A DNA stretch of 54,229 bases from a virus (Duplodnaviria; Caudoviricetes): the IMG/VR virus record IMGVR_UViG_3300030433_002535, positions 1 to 54,229 of that record, one strand, 5' to 3'. Each line of letters starts with the position of its first letter. Positions within the stretch are counted from its first letter, which is position 1. The notes beneath the pieces were generated by a model. That model was not told the origin of the DNA. It ran no database searches and was given only the letters and a program-made list of their open reading frames with translations. Position numbers and translations under genes: made by a program. This document shows positions 1 to 8,600 of this stretch, in pieces.

Positions 1-4
1 TCCG

Positions 5-25
5 ACCCCCCGAAGGGGGTACCCC
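5..25. repeat. Overlapping short inverted repeats (ACCCCC-CGAA-GGGGGT hairpin; GGGGTACCCC palindrome)
   Basis: ACCCCC(5-10) pairs with GGGGGT(15-20); GGGGTACCCC(16-25) is a perfect palindrome. Function unknown; it lies at the window edge. Confidence 0.5.
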
Positions 26-60
26 TTAGGAGTGGAAGTGCCTGACTTATAAGTAAAAGA

Positions 61-204
61 GCAATAATGTCACGGCGTGACGTTAAAGTAAGGTTCCCTT
101 CCATATGGTAGGGACATTAGGGCAGAAGGATAACGTCACGACCTGTAACGTCACGACCCTGCAATAACGTCACAACCTTGGAGATGCGTTGCAATAACGT
201 CACG
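61..204. repeat. Iteron-like cluster of six TAACGTCAC copies (one mismatched, one inverted)
   Basis: TAATGTCAC at 65, inverted copy GTGACGTTA at 77, and TAACGTCAC at 131, 146, 165 and 195. The copies at 65, 165 and 195 are preceded by GCAA. The region is non-coding. Confidence 0.85.
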
Positions 205-232
205 TCGGGGTTCTTAACCACGTGCGTTCTAC

Positions 233-300
233 AGCAAATTTTTTGCTCAAAATGGTATTTCCCGTTTGCTGCAAAACAAAATTTTTGGTAAAATTTCTTA
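233..300. other. AT-rich A/T-tract segment next to the repeats (possible unwinding/bent DNA or promoter region)
   Basis: AGCAAATTTTTTGCT (imperfect palindrome), CAAAACAAAATTTTTGG and AAAATTTCTTA, visibly more AT-rich than the coding regions. Confidence 0.55.
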
Positions 301-328
301 GCGAAAAGCCCCTCCCAGAGACGGTAAT

Positions 329-928
329 ATGGCCCTGAATGAGGCGTGGAACGTGCTAAAAAGCGGCAATATGCCCCCTCCTAGCCCTCCATACGACCCA
401 AATGACCCAGATAACCCCGAAAATGACGATACGGTGATGGATAACTCGCGAAATTACTGGATAGACTCGTCTAAGTGCCCTTCTTGCGAGCAACCGAGGC
501 TTGGACGAGACAATACTACGTCATCCTACTTCAATAACCCCTCAACGCCTTGTTCGACGCCCGGATGCCCGGAAAATCCCCAAACAGTCCGAGGAGATGA
601 GTGGCTCGGCAACAATTACCCACATCGAAGAACTCCTCAGCCGTCTGCTGAGATTACAGAAGACGACGCACCTGCATGGGAGAAGTATTTGGAAGATTTG
701 CTACGAAGGAGGAAGTATCGTAGACTTGCGGGGCAACTACACGAGGCCACACGAGGTTTGGACCCGAAAACATTAGATGTATTGAGGAATTTGCCCCCAC
801 TGATGGGCAAGAAGGACCTGCTACCACCCGAAAACACGCCTGCTACCAAAGGACCTGACTATGAGAAGTACCGCGAACGTCAAAATGCGATGCGTAGATA
901 TATGAGAGACAGATTCAGAAAAGATTGA
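329..928 (+). CDS. Hypothetical protein with N-terminal ALNEAWNVLKS tag and a CxxC...CxxxxC zinc-binding motif
   Basis: 199-aa ORF starting MALNEAWNVLKS; contains CPSCEQ...CSTPGC. Confidence 0.75.
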   Translation: MALNEAWNVLKSGNMPPPSPPYDPNDPDNPENDDTVMDNSRNYWIDSSKCPSCEQPRLGRDNTTSSYFNNPSTPCSTPGCPENPQTVRGDEWLGNNYPHRRTPQPSAEITEDDAPAWEKYLEDLLRRRKYRRLAGQLHEATRGLDPKTLDVLRNLPPLMGKKDLLPPENTPATKGPDYEKYRERQNAMRRYMRDRFRKD

Positions 929-965
929 GCAAAAAACTCATAATTAAGCCCTCTTTCCACTAGTC

Positions 966-1427
966 GTGGTCGAATATGAGCCATGTGACTGCTGCTCTCC
1001 CTTGCAACAAGCCTCAGTTGCCATAATCGAGGGTTATTTTGAGAAAGGGAACAATTTATTCGATAATATCCGCGCTAAGAGGAAAAGAGGCGGAAAAAGA
1101 GCCAAACCGGGCGATGAGGACTACCCAGACCCGAAAACTTGGGATAAAGTCACCAAAGCGAAGAAAAAGAAGGACAATAAGCCATTTCACGGCTATAATC
1201 CCAATAAGCACAGTCGGAAGGGCGGTTTGAACGCCAAAGGGCGTGCGAAGTTCAAGCGAGAGGAGGGTGCGAACCTGAAGCCTCCTGTGACGGAAAGCAA
1301 TCCAAAGGGCAAGAGAGCGGCTAGAAAGAGGTCGTTTTGCGCTAGAATGAGTGGCGTCAAGGGGCCTACGAGCAAAGATGGCAAGAAGACTCCCAAAGGC
1401 GCTGCATTGGCAAGGTGGAAGTGCTGA
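966..1427 (+). CDS. Basic phage protein resembling small domains of marine T4-like cyanophages (DUF6321-like C-terminus)
   Basis: KGGLNAKGRAKF..EGANLKPPV..RKRSFCARMSG..ALARWKC is a pattern I recognise from marine phage proteins; N-terminal CDCC; GTG start. Family name is from memory. Confidence 0.7.
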   Translation: MVEYEPCDCCSPLQQASVAIIEGYFEKGNNLFDNIRAKRKRGGKRAKPGDEDYPDPKTWDKVTKAKKKKDNKPFHGYNPNKHSRKGGLNAKGRAKFKREEGANLKPPVTESNPKGKRAARKRSFCARMSGVKGPTSKDGKKTPKGAALARWKC

Positions 1428-1627
1428 TGGGCAAAGCGGATGCCCCTAACTACCGAAGAGCCACTACTGGGAAGAAGTGCGGCAATTGCAAGGCTTGGGA
1501 CTCAAGCACCACATCCGACCCCATGACTGGCTACTGCAAGATGTATGACTTCAACTGCCATGCAGACTACACTTGCGATGCATGGACCCCAATGACCATG
1601 AAGAAGATGGTCGGAGTGGTACGATGA
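1427..1627 (+). CDS. Small Cys-rich protein with HiPIP-like Cys spacing
   Basis: ATG at 1427 overlaps the upstream stop (TGATG). Sequence NYR...KKCGNCKAW...GYCKMYDF..CHADYTCDAW. Confidence 0.65.
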   Translation: MGKADAPNYRRATTGKKCGNCKAWDSSTTSDPMTGYCKMYDFNCHADYTCDAWTPMTMKKMVGVVR

Positions 1628-2199
1628 CCGCGCTAGAGGAAGCATGGCTAGTGCTGAAGGCTGGTGCACCTCCACCTGCTTGGACTCGACGTGAAAATCA
1701 ATTTGACATACCCGAGGAGTCGAGGGGTACAGAATGGGACCACGGAACAACAATAGAAACCAATCCCGCCTTGGACAGAATGAGTGACGGCAAAGGGGCT
1801 TTCCTCTCCAGTCCGTATGACAAACTAGGAGAAGAACTGCGCCACCCTTCCCACTACTCCAAAGATGACTACCTTGAACCTAGCCCTCATGGAGGGGTCC
1901 GAAGGTACCGGACGAGCCCGAAAAGGCGAAGAGCGATAAAAGTGGCCCCAAGGCCCGCTGTTGGAAGGGGGTCTTCGTCGGTTTTCGACGATGATAAAAT
2001 GACAACAGACGAACCTGACACTAACAATGTAGGTATGCCTTGGTCTTTATCAGAAGAGTACCCGACTCGTGGAGACATCGCATTTGCTGTAGCGGGCGAC
2101 AACGTTCGGAGGTACAAGGCAGGAGAAAGGAATCTGCCTTCCAGTTCGGAAGTGGCTGCCAATTGGGAAGACCCTCGTAGTCAACGCTCGAAACAATAA
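1624..2199 (+). CDS. Hypothetical protein with N-terminal ALEEAWLVLKA tag
   Basis: ATG at 1624 overlaps the upstream stop (ATGA) and places the tag at the N-terminus (MTALEEAWLVLKA). The rest is low-complexity and probably disordered. Confidence 0.7.
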   Translation: MTALEEAWLVLKAGAPPPAWTRRENQFDIPEESRGTEWDHGTTIETNPALDRMSDGKGAFLSSPYDKLGEELRHPSHYSKDDYLEPSPHGGVRRYRTSPKRRRAIKVAPRPAVGRGSSSVFDDDKMTTDEPDTNNVGMPWSLSEEYPTRGDIAFAVAGDNVRRYKAGERNLPSSSEVAANWEDPRSQRSKQ

Positions 2200-2229
2200 T
2201 CTCTTAGGTTGACCCCTACTGCGACGTGT

Positions 2230-2676
2230 GTGGCCCTAGAGGACGCTTGGAACCTCCTTAAGTCACTCTGTCCTTGGTGTGAGCAGTTGTCTACTACCAG
2301 AGATGAAGCGGGTAACATAGTGTGCACCACCCCCGGTTGTGGGTACCAAGGCCCTGCTGACACAAGCCAAGTCAGCCTGCCCACTATCAGGACTGAAACC
2401 ACCTACGGCCCTGAAAAAGATGAGACTGACGATGAGTTCATGCGAAATAGATATGGGCCCTCGCCAGAATTCAAAGCACCAGATTTCAAGGCAAACATGC
2501 CTGAGAAGATACGTGAGAAGATGCAGGCTGAGCCAAATGCTGGGGAGATATGCCCTCAGTGCGATTCGATGAATGTCAAGCACACTCACACTCAACAGAC
2601 TCGGTCTGCTGACGAGCCGGAGACCAAGTTCTACCAATGCAATGACTGTGGAAAACCGTTCAGGAGTTACGCCTGA
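2230..2676 (+). CDS. tfs: Archaeal transcription factor S (TFS)/TFIIS-like transcript cleavage factor with N-terminal tag
   Basis: C-terminal zinc ribbon CPQC...QQTRSADEPETKFYQCNDC carries the diagnostic QTRSADEP acidic hairpin. N-terminal ribbon CPWC...CTTPGC. GTG at 2230 gives (M)ALEDAWNLLKS. Confidence 0.9.
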   Translation: MALEDAWNLLKSLCPWCEQLSTTRDEAGNIVCTTPGCGYQGPADTSQVSLPTIRTETTYGPEKDETDDEFMRNRYGPSPEFKAPDFKANMPEKIREKMQAEPNAGEICPQCDSMNVKHTHTQQTRSADEPETKFYQCNDCGKPFRSYA

Positions 2677-5600
2677 TGCAAAGCAAAGATTGGTGGAACG
2701 TCCTCAAGCGGCGAAAAGACGACGATGACGAGGACCATGGTCAGTATGACAGGATGGACGTCCCGTCTGAGTTCGGTCCTGCAGCAGATGAGAGTGAACA
2801 GGACGAGGAGAAGGCAGAAGACGCTTCTATGACCATGGCAGACATGGTTAATCTAGATGCTCTCGAAGAATTAGGGGTTCACACTGAGAATATCGCCCAC
2901 CCTTTTGACGGCGGAGAGCCATACGATGACACTGCTTTGGCTAACTCCATGAAGCAATGGGTCGACAATGGGATGGTGAGGGAGGGCGAGGAACTTCCGG
3001 GTAATATCAAGGATATACTCCTGTCAGTGTTCCTCCTAGGCACTTCTAATCTCAAGGGAGTGGACTCACTAGGGCGTGCTTATGGAGGTTCTGACAAGTT
3101 CGGTAGGGGAAGGGACGTCATGGCTCTCAAGGACTTCTTGAGGCTCACCACCGAGTTATACGCCAAAGACCCAGACTCGGGAGAACTGGTCCTGCGCACT
3201 AATAGGAGAATCGGAGAGGCCCAAGACAGGCTTGATGAGGCTATACGGCAGAGAGCGGAGGACGAGAGTTCCGTCCCGGAACGCCAGATTGAGATGCTCG
3301 AATTCGACCTGAGTCAGGCTCGAGAGGCCGTCGATGCGCAGATTGCAAGGAGGGATAAGTTGAAGGAAGACGCAGAGAAGTCCCTCAATGACCTCGTAGG
3401 GCAACTAGGTGGACGGTTCTCAGAACCTGCCATGCTAAGCCTGATGGCGAAGTACTGGGCACAGTACGTCCACGGCGACGACTGGCTCATGGAAGGGCTC
3501 CAAGGCAAGGAATACTTCGATGCAGAGGCGTGGCAGGAGCACAATGATGCGCTCGTCGAGCAATTGAAACTGGTAATGTCACTACAGGACGAAGACGCAA
3601 TCCAGAGAGTGCGAGCATCGCTTGACGAGCACAAGGAGAGCAAGTACAAGATGGGCAGTGAGGAGTTCAAGAAGGAGAGGATGAGAAAGAGCCGACTCTT
3701 CTCCTCATTGCAATCGATATACGCTGACATGTGGAGGGACATATTCAATCCGATACTGACTTGGAACCAACGACAGCAGGGAGAGAGGCTGATAGCGAGG
3801 GCCCATGATGTCATAGAGAGCGGAAACCTGCCTAATTTCTGGAATACCGACCTAGATACCATATACGGAGTCGAATCTGATAAGGGGCGCCCGCATACTT
3901 ACTCCTCCTACAACCCAGAGTTGTTCAACCCCCAGCATTACGAAGCAGGTGGTCCGCTCTCGGAGGAGATTCTGTACTCCGAGACTGCCGCTGATGCTGT
4001 ACGAAAACTCATGGAGCGGTTTCCGACTATGCAGGGCTGCCATGCCACTACAGACCTCCTAAATCGATTGGAAAGGGGCGCCGAGTCGAAGAACACCCAA
4101 GTGAAGGAGTGGTTGGAGCACATACGCCACCCTGCCACTCTCGACAATGTGATAGGCACGTCCCAGACCTACCAAGGCCATTTATCCGGGCTCTCTCATG
4201 GCCATATATGCCCTGAGTGCCAGAATGGCAACCACGACCACTTCCTCAAGGACGATGCTTCTCCATTCCAGCCTCGCTTGCTCAATCCCAATAGCGACCA
4301 GCAAGCCTCGAAACTAGCAGGTGCTCCTTTCAGCCAGTCAGAGGGAGCCATGAGGGTCATACGAGCAGTCAATGAGAAGAGGGAGACGTACCGGGAATTG
4401 GTGAAGCAGAGCGAGAAACTAAAGCGTGAAGCAGAGAAACTCTACGCTCAGGGGGATGAACAGGGGGCTATTGCGAAGAGAATGGAATTCGACCGAGTCA
4501 GGACATCGCTCTTGTCTAGGGACCAACTCCATGCAATGGCGGCTGAGCCACCCCCGGAAGGCACTGTGACATTGACAGACAGCGAAGGCAACGAAGTCCC
4601 CATGGACTTCGTCCGCATACCTTCCTTTGAGTCATTCGAGGATGAGGCTCTCGAAGCAGCAGCACAATCAGGAGAACTAGCCACTCCTTCAGGATACGCT
4701 GACATTGACCCCGATACTGGACTCATTCGCGATATCGTACTAGGGGCTAAGCAGAAGGGGAAAACCAGACCATCGATTCTCCGCAACGCAGTAGGCCTCG
4801 AAAGGGACATCAATGACATAATGATGAGAGTAAGAGACCCAGAGGGGGAAGAGGTCGAACCCATCAGTTCCGAGTTGTGGTCCATACAGAGAGACAAAGG
4901 AGATAGGCTGCCGGGCACGGAGGACAGGGAACGGCAACTCGCCAGAGCGCATTCCCACTTAGGTGAGAGAGCAGGCCATTCCTTGGATTACACTCCTCAA
5001 GTGGCTGAGTTGCAGAGCACTTGGGCATTCATCAAAGAGCGCATGGATTCCTTGCGAGGATTGAGAGAAGCAGTCAGCAAGGGAGAGAGCCCGAACACCG
5101 AAGGCTCATTCATCCATGACTGGGACGATGCACTCAGGCAATGGACGATGAGCAAGCGGACAGGTGAGATAGACCACTATGACATCTTTGCTAGACTGAA
5201 GACATTGGAGGAGGCGGATAGCGACAACGAGAAACTATCAAAACTCGCCAAGGAGACGGGTATGAAGACCAACGCTCTCAAACAGAGCCTTCGAGAGCCT
5301 CTGCAATTCCACCGTGAGTTGGCTTATCTGATACATGACTTGAGCACGAGGACCTCGATGCCCCCGAGGGCTTGGAAGGAGAACCAGCAAAGACTCGGAC
5401 GTGACGAAGACATGCCTCTAGGCAAGTTCGACAGCAGCATGCAGGGCATGGACGTTCAGAGAGAAGCAGGCATGCAGGCACCAACGAGAGAGCGAGTCCA
5501 CTCTAGTCAAAATATAGACCCTTTGCTCCGTTTCGTCTATGAGACAAAGGAGAACAACCGCAGTAAGACGGTCATGCAGGAGAAGACTGTTGTGAAAGAC

Positions 5601-8600
5601 GGCAAGAAGCAAACCATAGAAGTGCCTGTTGTAGTGCCTTGGTCTTGGCAAGGCGGTGCGATTCCTGCTGATGACAGAAAAAGGACTTGGACGCAAAGGG
5701 ACCCAGAGGGGGCTATCCCGATGGGAAGGCGCACACTGGCAGCCGCCGATGTCATAGACCCCGAAACAGGAGGGAGATTGCTTCTGAATGAGACTCTCCT
5801 GCGCGACTATCAGACTCGCAATTTACGAATGGGGCCGAAGGATAGAAAGACCCCAGAGGGCAAAGGAGATTTTCCACCTGTCGTTTTGCACCCCCCTCAT
5901 GTCAGGAAGAACAAGAAGGCCCTCGGGTACAATGCAGATATCGAGAATGCGATTGAGGCTAATGTCAATATGCACGTCAACGCTCTTTCGCTCAGAACTC
6001 ACAATAACTACGGGCAACCAGCAGCAGAGCAGATTGGCTACGTGCAGCCTTTTGAAATCTCACCATATTGGGCAGTAGCGCTGCAATACGGCTTCCCTCA
6101 GCACATGATGTCCGATGAAGACGGTACTACTTTCCATGGAGAGGGTGGCTGGCCGATTGACTCCGAAGGCAACCCTGATTACAGCAGGAGGGACGCATTC
6201 CTCAAGATATTCGATTTCGCCATGAGAGGCGGCAGCCTGAGTCAGTATTACTCTCGGGTGAGCCCAGAGACCGGAGAGTTAGAGAGGCTACCCACTATGG
6301 ATGTGTTGAGCCAATGGACCGACTCCAAGGGTATGCCTGTCATCATACCACTCCTCTTGTCTGGCATAATGAATCACATTATGGGCAACAACACGATAGA
6401 GAAGTGGGAGAACACATTCTTACCGGCTGAGGCTGAGGGGAACGTGCCGAGAGGGGAGGATAGCGCGTGGCGTGCTCAGTTCCCACACAAAGCCAACCTG
6501 TATGACGCATTGAAGAAAGACTTGTTGGATTGGGTCGTCAATCCCGAGGCCCATCTTAGGAAACTACAAGCGCAAATGGGAGTGAAGATAGGAGAAGAGA
6601 CTGTCTCTGGTGATGACTTCGTCCCCGGCACCTTATCGATTCAAAGGAACGAGCAGACTAATAGAAACCCGACTGGGGGATTCGAGAGGTGTCGACATTG
6701 CAATAAAGACGGATACATCAATTACGACACTCTAGTAACGAGGGGGATGGCACAAGGCAGCATAGACCCCATGGCTGGTCAAGAGGATAAGGTGGCAGGC
6801 GTGGAGAAGATGCTCGAAGACGGTATCGCAAAAGTATGGGGAGACCAGAATGACTGGAGAGAGCAGTACAAGGCAGAGGCTCCCCATCTGAACAGGCCTG
6901 CCGCGAACGTGCATATCACAGGGGTGCGCTTCACTTGTCCCGATTGTGACGGTACTGGACTGTGTGGAGGGCATCACCCTGAGCGCAACCAAGGGACTGA
7001 ACTACCAGACAACCTGTCTCACATATATTCTGGACTGCTCGATAAGGCCCATGACTATCGGACCGCCGATGCTGCGATGGCGACTAGCCTGATGTCTCCC
7101 GGCCCTACTTACATCCTAGGCGAGACGATGGAGGATTTCTTCGCGAGAAACCCAGAGTTAGACCCTTCGCTGTCTGATGACATCGATAGCAAGTACTGGA
7201 TGTCCTCATACTTCCAATCCATGGGTCACGGAGAGCACCAATCTTCATTCTTCGGCACAGGTGAGATGAGTTTCAGAGAGGCAATCGAGGCTGCGATAGC
7301 AGGGCATTCTGCGCACGAGGCTGATAAGATTCGTTCTGCCGATTTCACAAAGAGGGGGGAGGAATTCGGTCAGAGGTTCCGAAAGCCCGAGCCAGAGAGC
7401 GAGGAAAGCAAGGAGGTCTTGGAAATACAGCATCAATTGGAGCGAATCAATGAGAAGATGCACGAATTCTCAGAGAGGGATTACACCCATCGTGAGATGA
7501 CGAGGCGAAACGCCCAAGGGACTTTGAAGACTGTCAAGAAAAAAGGAAAACCACCTGTGTGGTCAAAGGACCCGGAGAACGTAGGAGGGCCATTGAGCCA
7601 AGCAGAGCAAGAAAATTTCATGAAATTGAGGCATCTCAGGGACAGGCTGCGTCGTAGATTGCACTACATCAACGCTGGTGACAGTGCTGAGACCGCTGCG
7701 GAAAAAGCAGAGCAAGAGCATGCTGAGAGACTATCCCGATTCCAAGAGCAACCAGAAGTCGAACCTGTAGAGCGGAAGAGCAGAGTGTACGAGAAAGGGC
7801 CGGGAGTCTACCACGGGGCAGATTCCAATGGCGTTCTCTATCGATGGGCGGCTGATAAGAACAAGGTGTTTGGCACTGCAAGTCAATGGGGGCTCGTAGG
7901 CGACAGCCCTCATATGCTGCAATACGACGACGCTACGATGAAGTACATCGGCCATAAGAAGAAAATGGACGCACTGCAGAGGGAGATGTGGGACCCAGAT
8001 TTACCTGAGAAGGAACTCAGAGAAAAGCAAAAACAGCATGCTAAGATGATGCAAGAAGGAGAGGAGTTGTTCCGAAAAGCCCCATTCCACATCGATTTCG
8101 AGACTCATTTCAATACTGTCAATAGACTCATGGGCATCTTGCGTGACTCCTCACAGAGTGACGAAGAGAAGAACGAAGCCGCTCTACAACTGAGCCTGAT
8201 GCCACCTCTCTCCAGAGTGCTTGTCCAGCATCAAGATGAGAAGAGTGGAAAGATGAAGTACAGTTATCTAGTCTATCCCCGAATCGACGGCGCCACTCCG
8301 GCTGAGGTACTAGGATTCGACTATGTTAGTGACCTCATGGGTGAGGAGTACACAAAGCAGGTAGACTGGTCTGGCAAATTGAGAGAATTGCAGAAACAAG
8401 CCGAACTCCATGGCAGGCTCTCGGAAATGCTCGAGCCAATCCTCGATGTCATGGGTCGTAGCGGTAGGACCAGTGATGACATAGCAAATATGAGTGCAGA
8501 AGAGTTCAAATCCGCTTTGGATGACCTCGGAGTGACAGATAGATACGGTGCTCCAGTCCTAGGAGTGACAGACAGAGGGGGCTATCCCTTGATGTCTAAA

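Noticed and set aside
61-204. CRISPR or mini-array interpretation of the TAACGTCAC repeats
   Set aside because: Repeats are only 9-13 bp, irregularly and too closely spaced, and one is inverted; no cas genes are present.
8525-8590. Short internal duplication LGVTDRYGAPV/LGVTDRGGYPL in the 2590-aa protein
   Set aside because: Only two degenerate copies; most likely a local duplication with no evident function.
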